Shown here: positions 1 to 11,091 of the stretch, one piece after another | Position numbering within the stretch: position 1 is the first letter of the stretch | Layout of the letters: the number at the start of each line of letters is the position of its first letter | Assembly: GCA_043228905.1 (NCBI GenBank) | Contig: JBHGNT010000020.1 | Coordinates: forward strand, 10,044,001 to 10,108,000 | Direction of reading: 5' to 3' | DNA length: 64,000 nucleotides | DNA from: Azolla caroliniana | Taxonomy: Eukaryota > Plantae > Polypodiophyta | Translations under genes and position numbers: made by a program | The notes under the pieces: model-generated | The model's database searches: none | Told to the model about the DNA's origin: nothing | What the model saw: the letters and a program-made list of their open reading frames with translations, nothing else

Positions 1-3000
1 TAACGACAACCGTCGTCGGGACCCCCCGCAAAATGAACCGCGCAGCTCGAACGCGCCCTGGACCAACCCACCAACACACGAGGCCGAGAATCAACCACAC
101 CCCCCCACACACACAGATCGGGCTGGCACCAACAACTCGGCTGCCGTTACCTGCTTCAAGTGCAACCAACTCGGTCACTACGCTACGCAATGCCAAACAA
201 TAGACCGTGGAAAGGCTCCTGCCGTGAATAGTATTATGGCCGACATGCAAAACGTCACAACACGCAGTAAAGCCCAGGCTACCCCATGGCAAGTACAAGA
301 TGAAGTCCAGCAAGTAGCCAAAGAATGGATGGATACGGCCAACAAAAACAATGTGGTGTGCATGCAAACAGAAATGGGAGACGCGACCATTGGAGCAACA
401 CAATCCTCGGCACCATCCACGTCGACAGAAGATGACCAGTTGTGGGACGCCCTTACCAGTTCCAGGATCTCCTTGCTTCTGCATAAACTCTTACCACTCA
501 TGCCGTGTTTTCGGGACACCTTGGCTACACTCACGGCCAACACCCATTCCACCGCGCCACCTGTGCACCTGACCGAGCCAGGAACGGGTCTACCCCTCAT
601 GGTTGCGCAGAATCCAGCCATAAAAATTATGATTAAAGGAAGGGACTTGCACGGGTGCATAATCGACGACGACTCTGGCGTGAATGTCATCAGCGAGGCT
701 ACCTGTCATAAACTCGGCCTGAATCAATGGGAACCTTGCCCCTTTTGGCTTCGGATGGCCAACATACGATCGGTTCGCCCCATCAGATTAATCCGCCACC
801 TCGACTTTACTCTAGGAGGGCACATGTTCACTATCTCGACCGTTGTATTACTACTCGAAGCAGAGGGGGCTTACCCAATGTTACTGTGCATACCATGGTT
901 GCACACAACAAATATCAAACAACATTGGCAGCGCAACATGATCTCGTTTCGCCGAGGAAAGACCAAGGTCTGGATCATAACCGAAGAATGCGTAACCACG
1001 CCCCACAACACCTCGCCGTTATACGCGGAAGGGGTGCACATGCTCGACGAGTTAGCCAATGACAAGGTGGATGACTTCCTAGAAGACCATCCCACTGTCA
1101 TACCTCTCTTCGAAATCGACGCCATGACGGTCATCGACACACCTCTAGACGGGGAAGTCAAGGTGAATACACCTCCCCAGGATGAGCCCGATCCCACCAC
1201 CATCGCAGAATTACGACACACTCGGGACGCTTTTGAACGTGAACTCGCCATCTCCCAATGAGTGAAGGCATCAACGCTCGAAACACTGAACCTCGGTTCG
1301 GACGAGAACCCTTGCACCCTACAGATTGCTAATAACTTACCAGCCGGCGAACGAGCAGCCCTCATACATTTACTCACCGATTACCAATATGTATTCGCAT
1401 GGTCTTACACGGATATGAAGGGTTTGGACCCACAATACTACCAACACCAGATCCATCTTCTCCCGGACGCTCGGCCGGTTCAGCAAAGACGGTACCGGAT
1501 GAACCCCAATAATGCAGCTAAGGTCAAGGAAGAAATAGACAAGCTCCTCTGAGTCAGGTTCATACGACATGTAAAACGCGCCACATGGTTAAGCCCAATC
1601 ATAGTCGTCCCTAAGAAAAACGGGAAAATCCAAGTTTGTGTCGACTACCGCAAGCTTAATGCTGCAACGGTCACAGATGGATTCCCTCTCCTGTTCACGG
1701 ATAACGTTCTCGACACGGTGGCAGGTCACGAATGCTACAACTTTCTAGACGGGTTTAGTGGTTACAACCAAATTAGAATGCACCCAGATGATTAGGAGAA
1801 AACAACATTTGTCACGGAATGGGGTGTTTTCGTGGCAGAAGTAATGATGTTTGGTTTTAAAATGGCGCCGGCCACATTCCAGTGCATCATCACCGAAATT
1901 TTTAACGAGTATATCCCGGCGTTCATGCAAGTCTTTCTCGATGACTTCGCCGTATATGGTCAGCGACTGGAACACATGACCCAGTTACGTCTCTGTCTTG
2001 ATCGATGTCGCCAGGCTCGGTTAAGTTTAAACCCGGCAAAATGCGTGTTCTTGGTCACAAGCGGCAACCTACTCGGGCACATTGTCAGTCAAGAAGGTAT
2101 CGCCATGGACCCGGATAAAGTACAAGCCATCCTAAACGCCCCCGCACCCTCGAACGCAAAAGGCCTCAGCCGATTTCTGGGACAAATCAGATGGCACAGC
2201 CGGATGATACGCCACCTGGCCGATTTCGCGACAACACTACACGCGGCGGTGCATCGACTTCCCTTTCAATGGACTTCAATCAAGGATGAGGCTTACCAAG
2301 GATTAAAATTAATGCTCTTGCATGCCCCTAATTGTACAACCCCCGATATGGTCAGAACCTTTTCACGTCTTCGTGGACGCATCAGCTATCGCCATCGGGA
2401 GCGCACTTATGCAATGACGCCCCCAAATTGGTATCGACCAGTGTATTATGCTAGCCGACGTCTCTCGGCCGCGGAAAAGAACTATTCAACCACCGAACGG
2501 GACGCCCTCGGTATGATCTACAGCATCAGTAAATTTCGGCATTACTACCCTCATGCAAATGGATTGGCAGAATCAACTAACAAAATTCTCCAAACAATCC
2601 TGAAGAAGATCTTCAACGAGAACCGCACTGATTGGGATGACAAGCTCCATAGTGCACTATGGGCTTATCACACTACATTCAAAACGAGCATTCAATCCAC
2701 CCCCTTTCGGATGGCTTTTGGTCTCGAAGCCGTTATGCCCATCGAGTTCCAAGTTTTGAGTCTCCGAGTTCAAGTTAAAGCACGGCTCCCCGAGGCCCAA
2801 TTCGAACAATTGAGGCTGGAACAACTCCTCGAACTTGGCGAGGACCGAGTAGCGAGCATGGCCCAACTTGAACAACGCCAACAACAACGGAAAGCCCTTG
2901 TGGACCGACATCGGAAAGGATTGGAACAAGAACTGACCATAGGCAAACTGGTCCTCATTTTCCAGATGCGACTCGGTGCTATGCCAGGAAAGTTACGATT

Positions 3001-3187
3001 TCGATGGACCAGCCCCTTTTGGATTATTGACGAGTTTAACGGCACGTTCCAGCTCAGCACCCTCACCGGGGAAATTGTCAAAAGCTGGGTGAATGGATTC
3101 CGACTGCGACCATACCAAGGAAATACCCCAGCCAACCCTTTCGTCGAGTCCCTCGGCACGAACAATCCCACGAAGGAGGCCACGCGT
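1..3187 (+). pseudogene. Degenerate gag-pol polyprotein of the old gypsy element
   Basis: CFKCNQLGHYATQC knuckle at 152-193; protease IIDDDSGVNVIS; RT ...QVFLDDFAVYG; RNase H RPVYYASRRLSAAEKNYSTTE; integrase YPHANGLAES...LWAY. In-frame stops at 1259, 1550 and ~1794 fit C>T changes (CGA/CAG). With the insert removed, the frame ends CCC CCT CGG TAA at 10550-10561. Confidence 0.93.
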
Positions 3188-4007
3188 TGTCGTGAAGAAA
3201 ACCGTCCATAGGCGGAATCGGCGCACCTAGGCGTGGGAACCGGTTCTTCACGCGCGCAAGCTCCAAGTAGTACGAAGAAGCGAGTTAGGGGGATAATCGG
3301 CAGGAACGGGCCCTAACATAGGTAGAGACAAAGACCGCGCGAACAGTCTTTTCGGTCGCGCGCGCGAGCTAAGGGACGGCACGAGTCGGCGGCGTAACTA
3401 CGCGGATGCGCGAAGAACGGAGCGGATCCCTGTTCGAAAGGGACAGGGAATAAAGATGACAGGACGGCCTGCTCGTCGGGCTATATAAGAGCAGGAAAGA
3501 GCTGTTGCAGGGGATCTCGCGCGGAGAGGACGAAGTGCTGTCGGACCGTTTCTGGACGCTTCTCTCTCTCTGTTTCCTTCCTTCTTGAGCTCCATAGCTT
3601 TCTGTGCAGGGTTCCGAGGAGGCTCGCGCTGTTTCGAGGAACGCCCGAGTGCTTCCGGCAGCGCCTCCAACCGGCTACCCCCCCCCCCCCCCCCCTTTTT
3701 GCCCGTTTTGTGCGTCGAAGCGAGCAGGCATCGGCATCTGTTCGCCGGCCTGTTCGGTTGTAACCAACCTGTGCCCCATCGAGGGTTGTAGTAGTGTTAG
3801 CCATTTTCTTAATATACATATTAAGTCATTCGCATCTGTCTGTGTCGGTCTCTATTCGCGTTCTCCGTGCTGAAGGGCCGTGTCCCTGTGTATCCCCGGT
3901 CCTGCGTAGCCGGTTCTCTCTCTTTCTCCCCCCCCACGCTTGCTCTTTGGTTCGAGACCCCCGCGGTCCCGCCTCGATTCCACACGCACTTGCGTAATAT
4001 CTCGACA
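3188..4007 (+). repeat. 5' LTR of the young gypsy element
   Basis: Direct repeat of 9729-10545; TGTCG/CGACA termini; TATA box CTATATAAG at 3481-3489; C18 tract. Confidence 0.97.
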
Positions 4008-4011
4008 TCTT

Positions 4012-4029
4012 TGGTGAACCCGACGTGAA
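4012..4029 (+). promoter_or_regulatory. Primer-binding site complementary to the tRNA-Trp 3' end
   Basis: TGGTGAACCCGACGTGAA lies 4 nt after the LTR CA. It is the reverse complement of ...TTCACGTCGGGTTCACCA, the plant cytosolic tRNA-Trp 3' end (from memory). Confidence 0.9.
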
Positions 4030-4051
4030 AGAGGCGGCAGAAGAGCAGAAG

Positions 4052-6178
4052 ATGAGGGGGTCGGATCTTGCAGAAGCCATGGCTTCGGCCGTGGATCGGA
4101 TTGTAAACGCGCGCGAGGGCACCGGTGCCCTCGACAGAGCTATTGAGGCGGTCGTCGGCACGATCGGCCGGTTCGATGGGAGGGATGCCACGAAGTATCT
4201 GGCGTCCTACGGTGCAGAAATGTTGATGCGGGACATTCCGGAAGAGAGGCGTCTTGCCGGATTTCCCCGAGTGGCAATGCCGAGCATCCATGCGGAGGTG
4301 CTCGAGGTGCGGGCGGAGAGCCGTACCTGGGAGGAGTTCGAAGGCCGGCTCCTAGAGAAATACGGGCTGGACGACGCGCTCCGGCTTTCGAAGCGAAGGT
4401 TCATGGAATGGGTGGAGTCCCCGGGGAAGGGAAGAAACGCGACGGCACTCCTCCGGGAGTTCGAGGAAAACTTTGCGCGCCTTTCGGCGCTCGACCGAAC
4501 CATCCTGGACACGAGCCGGGTCTTGCTGTTCGTCAAGTCGGTCGACGAGCGGGATCGGGAGCACGTGGGCCTCTTGCTGGAAACCGAAGACGGGCTCACC
4601 ACCGACTGGGCGGCTGTCAAGAAAGTCTGTGGCCGTTTCGACAAACGGCGAGAATGGGCGGATAACGGGGCGGCCGGGTCGGGCTCGGTCGCAGCAAGGA
4701 AGTTCGAACCAGCGCCACAGGTGCGGAAGGAAGAGACCCGAGAGTGGTTGGAAACCGGTTCGGCTTCGACCGGCGTAGTCAGAGGCTCAACCGGAGGAGC
4801 GGCGCTGGAGGAATTGACGAGGGCGGTAAAGGACCTCCAAATCGCGCAAGCCCGAAGGGAAGGTGGCGAACCGGCTCGTGACCGACGGCCGGCGGCAGGA
4901 AACAGGTGCATGTGGTGCGATGAAGTCGGCCACATTCGGAAGGACTGCGGCGACTTCGCGGAGGCGCTAAGGGACAGGGTGGTGTACCTGTGGGAAGGGC
5001 GGGTGCATGCCAGCGACACCCGAAGGGCCCTGAGCCGAAACGACGGGCGAGGTGGTATGAAAAGGTTGATGGAAGAGGCAGCGGCCCGACACGCGGAAAC
5101 CGTCCACTACTCGGCGTCGGCCGGCATTCGAGTCGGGGGCGGCGAGGCCCAAAAGGAAAGCAAAGCCGGATTCTGGCCGACGATGCTGGGAGGCCTTGCC
5201 GGTGCAAGGCTTGAAGGGGAGGAATCGGACCGCGCGGAGAAACGAGTACGGGAGATAACCGGGTGGAGCGACCCGGTCGAGGAAAGGACGGGCTTCGTGG
5301 AAGCCGCTTGCCAGAACTACGGGGCTCTGGTAGAAGAGAAGCGGGTGGGGAAGCCCGGGACGACCGGGCCCTCACAACGATACGAGACCCGGTCCGGGCC
5401 ACGACGGGACGAAGCCGGCGGGCCCGGTACGAAAGATAAACCCCAGAAGGGCGGGTACCGTCTGGGGACGGAGATAGAAAGGACCACGGACTTACGAAAG
5501 GTCCTGGAGGAACGGATCCTCGACAGCAAGGTGGAGCTGTCGTTACGAGAGGTGCTGGGAATCGCCAAGAAGGAGTTCCACGACTCCATCGTGGACTTGG
5601 TGAAACGGAAGAGGCTGTCAACGGAGACAGAACCGGAAAGACCAGTGGAAGTGCGGACGACGCACCTAGACGACATGGCGCTGGGAGACGAGTGGGCGGA
5701 AAGCCACTATTCGAGACCACACTGGGCCCAAGCGACCACGGAAACCCCGGTGAAGATCGGCGATGTCCAGGAACCGGTGATAGCTTTGGTGGACCACGGA
5801 TCGGAGATCAACTTGATGTCCATGGACTTCTATAAAAAGGGCAAATGGCCGATCAACACCAAGCACGGGTGGAAAATAAGGGCGGCAACGCGTGCCACCG
5901 AGGAGCTGCACGGGGCCTGTCCGAATGTGCGAGTCAAGATCGGCGACGTCGAGATTGACCAGCACTTCTTCGTGCAGGAGACATCTTCGCATCCGGTCAT
6001 ACTGGGGGAGCCGTACATCACGGCGGCGCGAATGGAGACCAAGGTGCTGGACAACGGTTCGGCCTACGCGAGGGTCAAAAGCCAAGACGGGCGCCATTCG
6101 GTCCAGTTTCTGACGGTACGGCCGAACCACGAACGTAACCGCGACTCCCTCGGTTCCGAAAACCGAGAGGATTTTTAG
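4052..6178 (+). CDS. ORF1: Gag (CCHC knuckle) plus aspartic protease
   Basis: First ATG of the 4025-6178 ORF is at 4052; CMWCDEVGHIRKDC knuckle; protease motif ALVDHGSEINLM and flap motif VILGEP. Confidence 0.92.
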   Translation: MRGSDLAEAMASAVDRIVNAREGTGALDRAIEAVVGTIGRFDGRDATKYLASYGAEMLMRDIPEERRLAGFPRVAMPSIHAEVLEVRAESRTWEEFEGRLLEKYGLDDALRLSKRRFMEWVESPGKGRNATALLREFEENFARLSALDRTILDTSRVLLFVKSVDERDREHVGLLLETEDGLTTDWAAVKKVCGRFDKRREWADNGAAGSGSVAARKFEPAPQVRKEETREWLETGSASTGVVRGSTGGAALEELTRAVKDLQIAQARREGGEPARDRRPAAGNRCMWCDEVGHIRKDCGDFAEALRDRVVYLWEGRVHASDTRRALSRNDGRGGMKRLMEEAAARHAETVHYSASAGIRVGGGEAQKESKAGFWPTMLGGLAGARLEGEESDRAEKRVREITGWSDPVEERTGFVEAACQNYGALVEEKRVGKPGTTGPSQRYETRSGPRRDEAGGPGTKDKPQKGGYRLGTEIERTTDLRKVLEERILDSKVELSLREVLGIAKKEFHDSIVDLVKRKRLSTETEPERPVEVRTTHLDDMALGDEWAESHYSRPHWAQATTETPVKIGDVQEPVIALVDHGSEINLMSMDFYKKGKWPINTKHGWKIRAATRATEELHGACPNVRVKIGDVEIDQHFFVQETSSHPVILGEPYITAARMETKVLDNGSAYARVKSQDGRHSVQFLTVRPNHERNRDSLGSENREDF

Positions 6179-6234
6179 AGAGGACTGCCAAGGCGTGGGG
6201 CCGCGACAGTCCGGATGCTCCGGGAAAACCCCAC
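6169..6234 (+). promoter_or_regulatory. Putative -1 programmed ribosomal frameshift signal (G GAU UUU plus pseudoknot)
   Basis: Heptamer 6169-6175; 6-nt spacer; stem 1 GGACTG 6182-6187 / CAGTCC 6207-6212; loop GTGGGG 6195-6200 pairs with CCCCAC 6229-6234. Confidence 0.75.
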
Positions 6235-9200
6235 ATCTGTACAAAAAAAACGTGTACAATAGGTAGGAAATTTTGCTTCTCCGACAGCGGAGCATGTGCG
6301 TCGGTCGGCATCACCGGCCGAGAGAAAACCAAGGCGGAGGGGAGACTTCGGGCGTGCGGAGTTCTCGGCCCTGACGAAGAAATCAACGGAGCCGTGGAGG
6401 CAGTCTCCTTCGACGACACCTTGGGAATGCTGGGGAGGGTAGTCGAAGAAGACCTTATCGAGGACCGGGCGATACCGGTATGTTCAGAAAAAATGTACGA
6501 AGTCATCGCGGACTTCGGTCGAGGGCTCGAGTCGGAACGGACGGCCCGAGTTAGCACCAAGTACAAGACTGTGGACCGGAAGGTGAGGCCAGTTGCGGCG
6601 CCCCTACCGGAGGGCAGCGAATCCCGAATCAAAGGGGTTGCATCGGACCCCAGCTTACGGAATCCGGCCTGCATAGGACACACCTTCACCAACGAGACGC
6701 TCCGTGAGCTGAAGATCGGTGGGGGCGGGTTCCTACTGCCGGCGGAGGAAGACCGGTTCCGGAGAATGCTCGGAAGGCACGGGAAAGCCTTCGCATTCTC
6801 ACCGGAGGAAATCGGGTGCGTAGACCCGACGACCGTAGAGCCGATGGTGATATTCACGGTACCGCATGTACCGTGGAATCTCAAGCCAATTCCGGTTCCG
6901 AGAGCTCACATCCCGAAGTTGATGGAGCTGTTGAAGCAGAAAGTCGATATGGGCATTCTCGAGCCATCGAGCGCCCCGTACTCGAACCGGTGGTTTACCG
7001 TACCAAAGAAAAACGGATCGTTGCGCTTCATTCAGGACCTGCAACCGGTCAATAGGGTGACCATTCGGAACGCAGGGATCGGACCGACCATAGATGAGTT
7101 CGCGGAGGCCTTCGCCGGAAGGTCGATTTACTCGGTCGGTGATCTATATTCAGGGTACGACCAGTTCCAGCTAGCCGTGGAGAGCAGAGACATTACGACG
7201 ATGCGAACTCCCCTCGGCCTAGTGCGGATGTGTACGCTGCCGCAAGGAGGGACCAACTCGGTGGCCCACATGGTGAATGCAATGAACAAGGTGCTGAGGG
7301 ACTGCATCCCGGACATCACCATGCCGTTTCTAGACGACATCCCGATCAAGGGATGCCCGGTAGAAGAGAAGGACGAGACGATCGGGCCGGACGGATGCCG
7401 GCGATTCGTGGTAACGCACATCGACGACTGCGAGAAGGTGCTGCAAAGGCTAGAGGATGCGAGGCTAACCTTCTCGGGGGAGAAATCAGCCTTCGGGCAG
7501 TCGGAAATCATGGTGGTCGGACACTTATGTGGGCCGTATGGCCGGAAACCGTCTCCGGCAAAGGTAGAAGCCATCTCCGCGATGAAGCCCGACTGCAGCT
7601 CGGTCACGGAAGTACGAAGATTCCTGGGGGCATGCGCATTCTACCACATATGGATCCCGCATTACGCGCACGTCGCGGAGCCGCTGTACGGGTTATTGAA
7701 GAAAGGGCGAAGATTCGAATGGCTAGACAAGCACACGGAGTCGGTCCGGAAGCTGAAGGAGGCTCTTTCGGCAGCACCGGCGCTCCGAAAGGCCGTCTAC
7801 AGGAAGGGCACCCCAGTGTACATAACGGTTGACACGAGTCCGACCGGAATCGGGTGGGTCGTCAACCAAGAAGATGAGGACGGCAATCGGTTTCCGGTCC
7901 GATTCGGTGCGAAGGTCCTCAGCGAACGGCAGCGAGGATACGCCCAGGTTAAACGCGAGCTCTGGGGTATCGTTTCGGTGGTGAAGGCCGACAAGGACTA
8001 TCTGATCGGGACAGAGGTAATTATAGAGACGGATTGCATGCCGATTCTCGGCATGATTTCCGGATGCGCGACGCCGGACCTGGCAATGCTCAGGTGGATA
8101 GCGTACATCAAGTCCCTGGACCCGGAAATACGACACATTTCCGGGAAAGACAACGCCATGGCCGACATGCTTTCAAGGGCAAGATTCGATGACGAGGGCG
8201 GCATGGTTTCGGAGGACGAAGACGTCGGCGTGGACTTCTTCGAGACTGCGTATGTAGCAACCGACGGAACAAGCACTCCGGCGCTTAACGACTTCGACGC
8301 GAGCAAGTACGACGGGGAGTGGCTGCAGATCGGTGGGTTTCTGAAGACAATGACGCCCGATGCGTCATGGACGAAGGACGAGGCCAACCGGATCCGGAAG
8401 AAAGCGTACCGGTTCTTTCTCCGGGATGGCTATCTATGGAAGCACCCGAAGAAGAAGGACGGCGTTCCGCTCCGGGTGGTGGCGATGAAGGAAGAACAGG
8501 AGGAGCTGCTGACGGCCTACCACGACAGCCCTTGGGCTGGACACCGTGGAACATGGGCTACGTTTGAGAAACTGAAGGGGAAGTATTGGTGGCCGGGGCA
8601 GTACCAGGACGTGCATCGGTTCGTGACAACTTGCGAGAGCTGCCAGATGCACTCCGTAGTCCGACATCGAGACGAGCTTCACCCTACGTACCCTCCGGCC
8701 ATCCATTTCAAATGGATGGTAGATCTAGTAACGATGCCAATGGGAGTAGGACAGATGCGGTACCTGGTCCTAGCGCGGGAGGATCTGACGAACCAGGTGG
8801 AAGGTCGGGCCCTTCCGAACAAAACGACCGCGGCCGTATGCCGGTTCCTAATCGAGGACGTGATATGCCGGTACGGGTGCGTCGGGAAGATCGTGGCTGA
8901 CCGAGGGGAGTTGGACGCCGAAGAAGCCGCGGAGCTGTTCGACCGGCTGGGAGTCAAGCTCTCGCTCACCACTGCGTACAATCCAGAGGCGAATGGAAAG
9001 GTGGAGCGAGGACACGGACCGATCGTCAAGGCGTTGGTTCGGGCATGCGGAGGCCGAGTCGGTGACTGGCCGCGGCTGCTACCTTATGCTTTGTGGGCAG
9101 ACCGGACCACGCACAGTTCGGTAACCGGGTACATGCCGACAGAGCTCATGTTCGGCCAGAAGCCGATCATGCCGATGGAACGGACGATCTCCTCGTGGGC

Positions 9201-9657
9201 AACGGTCGACTGGAGGGACGAGATGAGCCGGGAGGAGTTGTTGGCCGCGCGCATACGACAGCTCGAGCGGAGACCGGAGGACGTGGAACTGGCTACGGAG
9301 AAGCTCCGAGTAGCGAGGAAAAAGAACAAAGCCAGGTTCGACCGAACGCACCGGCTCCGACCGAAGAAAATCGAAGAAGGTGACTGGGTGCTCGTCTACG
9401 ATAGCAGCCTCGACAACCAGCACCGAGCTACACGGAAGTTCGCACGAAGGTGGTTCGGGCCTTACGTGGTACAGAGCGCCAATGACAACGGGACATACCA
9501 CCTGGCGGAACTCGACGGCACGAGAATGACGATACCGGTTGCAGGGAAGCGGATCAAAGCGTTCAAGAAGCGACACGACGACGAGCCAGACCCGGCTCTC
9601 CTGGTCAGCAGTGACGAACGATCCGAAAACGAGGATGAACCGACGGGCGAGGAATGA
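6169..9657 (+). CDS. ORF2: RT-RNase H-integrase, probably expressed by -1 frameshift from ORF1
   Basis: Frame is open from 6139 to the TGA at 9655-9657. RT GDLYSGYDQ...PFLDDIPI; RNase H TVDTSP...ETD; integrase H-H-C-C and DDE core (MVDL, VADRGE, NGKVER). Confidence 0.93.
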   Translation, partial: GFLERTAKAWGRDSPDAPGKPHICTKKTCTIGRKFCFSDSGACASVGITGREKTKAEGRLRACGVLGPDEEINGAVEAVSFDDTLGMLGRVVEEDLIEDRAIPVCSEKMYEVIADFGRGLESERTARVSTKYKTVDRKVRPVAAPLPEGSESRIKGVASDPSLRNPACIGHTFTNETLRELKIGGGGFLLPAEEDRFRRMLGRHGKAFAFSPEEIGCVDPTTVEPMVIFTVPHVPWNLKPIPVPRAHIPKLMELLKQKVDMGILEPSSAPYSNRWFTVPKKNGSLRFIQDLQPVNRVTIRNAGIGPTIDEFAEAFAGRSIYSVGDLYSGYDQFQLAVESRDITTMRTPLGLVRMCTLPQGGTNSVAHMVNAMNKVLRDCIPDITMPFLDDIPIKGCPVEEKDETIGPDGCRRFVVTHIDDCEKVLQRLEDARLTFSGEKSAFGQSEIMVVGHLCGPYGRKPSPAKVEAISAMKPDCSSVTEVRRFLGACAFYHIWIPHYAHVAEPLYGLLKKGRRFEWLDKHTESVRKLKEALSAAPALRKAVYRKGTPVYITVDTSPTGIGWVVNQEDEDGNRFPVRFGAKVLSERQRGYAQVKRELWGIVSVVKADKDYLIGTEVIIETDCMPILGMISGCATPDLAMLRWIAYIKSLDPEIRHISGKDNAMADMLSRARFDDEGGMVSEDEDVGVDFFETAYVATDGTSTPALNDFDASKYDGEWLQIGGFLKTMTPDASWTKDEANRIRKKAYRFFLRDGYLWKHPKKKDGVPLRVVAMKEEQEELLTAYHDSPWAGHRGTWATFEKLKGKYWWPGQYQDVHRFVTTCESCQMHSVVRHRDELHPTYPPAIHFKWMVDLVTMPMGVGQMRYLVLAREDLTNQVEGRALPNKTTAAVCRFLIEDVICRYGCVGKIVADRGELDAEEAAELFDRLGVKLSLTTAYNPEANGKVERGHGPIVKALVRACGGRVGDWPRLLPYALWADRTTHSSVTGYMPTELMFGQKPIMPMERTISSWATVDWRDEMSREELLAARIRQLERRPEDVELATEKLRVARKKNKARFDRTHRLRPKKIEEGDWVLVYDSSLDNQHRATRKFARRWFGPYVVQSANDNGTYHLAELDGTRMTIPVAGKRIKAFKKRHDDEPDPALLVSSDERSENEDEPTGEE

Positions 9658-9715
9658 AGACGGGCCGGTTTTCTCAGTCCCAACTCTCTTGGCGCATACC
9701 GGAGGATGCGCGGTT

Positions 9716-9728
9716 AGGTGGGGGCGGA
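9716..9728 (+). promoter_or_regulatory. Polypurine tract of the young gypsy element
   Basis: AGGTGGGGGCGGA directly before the TG of the 3' LTR. Confidence 0.75.
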
Positions 9729-10545
9729 TGTCGTGAAGAAAACCGTCCATAGGCGGAATCGGCGCACCTAGGCGTGGGAACCGGTTCTTCACGCGCGCAA
9801 GCTCCAAGTAGTACGAAGAAGCGAGTTAGGGGGATAATCGGCAGGAACGGGCCCTAACATAGGTAGAGACAAAGACCGCGCGAACAGTCTTTTCGGTCGC
9901 GCGCGCGAGCTAAGGGACGGCACGAGTCGGCGGCGTAACTACGCAGATGCGCGAAGAACGGAGCGGATCCCTGTTCGAAAGGGACAGGGAATAAAGATGA
10001 CAGGACGGCCTGCTCGTCGGGCTATATAAGAGCAGGAAAGAGCTGTTGCAGGGGATCTCGCGCGGAGAGGACGAAGTGCTGTCGGACCGTTTCTGGACGC
10101 TTCTCTCTCTCTGTTTCCTTCCTTCTTGAGCTCCATAGCTTTCTGTGCAGGGTTCCGAGGAGGCTCGCGCTGTTTCGAGGAACGCCCGAGTGCTTCCGGC
10201 AGCGCCTCCAACCGGCTACCCCCCCCCCCCCCTTTTTGCCCGTTTTGTGCGTCGAAGCGAGCAGGCATCGGCATCTGTTCGCCGGCCTGTTCGGTTGTAA
10301 CCAACCTGTGCCCCATCGAGGGTTGTAGTAGTGTTAGCCATTTTCTTAATATACATATTAAGTCATTCGCATCTGTCTGTGTCGGTCTCTGTTCGCGTTC
10401 TCCGTGCTGAAGGGCCGTGTCCCTGTGTATCCCCGGTCCTGCGTAGCCGGTTCTCTCTCTTTCTCCCCCCCCCACGCTTGCTCTTTGGTTCGAGACCCCC
10501 GCGGTCCCGCCTCGATTCCACACGCACTTGCGTAATATCTCGACA
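9729..10545 (+). repeat. 3' LTR of the young gypsy element
   Basis: Near-identical to 3188-4007; followed by TSD GCGT. Confidence 0.97.
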
Positions 10546-11091
10546 GCGTCCCCCTCGGTAAGAACCCACCAACATTCCAAAGTAGACATTAGGTAGGATT
10601 AGGCATAGTTTTAGCAATTAGTTAGTTCCACCTACACCACCTACCACATCACCCAAATCACGTCATGTTTAGAGGCACACATTAGTCACTTTCACATTCA
10701 CTTAAGTATTTAAAGGCACATGCACAGCATCCAAGGCAAAGCACTAACTCCCTAGGACACGTGGCCATAATATCCTATTATGGCATCCACGCTCAAGAAT
10801 CTCCAGGCTCCTCTTCATGCACAAAACCCTAGGCGTTCGTTAAAAAACAGTTACCCCAAGCCCACCCCACACACAAACGTTTTCTTGCACACCCAGCTTT
10901 CATCGCTCCCACGCTCTCAAGCCTCCTCTCGCTCTCAGCGCGTTCATCGCTCCCACCACTCTTGCTCACAAGCCCTCTCTTGTCCTCGTAGCCCCTCTGC
11001 CACACCACAACCATCTCCTTCCCTCACTCTGTCTCGGCCTGGTCGAATCCTCCTTCCCCAATCTTCCACACAGCAGAACCCCAAGTCCATT

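Larger units (their letters stand above)
3188..10545 (+). mobile_element. Intact, very young Ty3/gypsy LTR retrotransposon (non-chromovirus, probably Phygy/Selgy-like)
   Basis: LTRs TGTCG...CGACA (820 and 817 bp) differ by 2 visible SNPs and poly-C length. TSD GCGT, tRNA-Trp PBS, PPT, two uninterrupted ORFs, no chromodomain. The lineage name is inference. Confidence 0.97.

Noticed and set aside
4207-9807. Many long antisense or alternative-frame ORFs in the young gypsy element
   Set aside because: Expected shadows of GC-rich coding sequence; no recognisable motifs.
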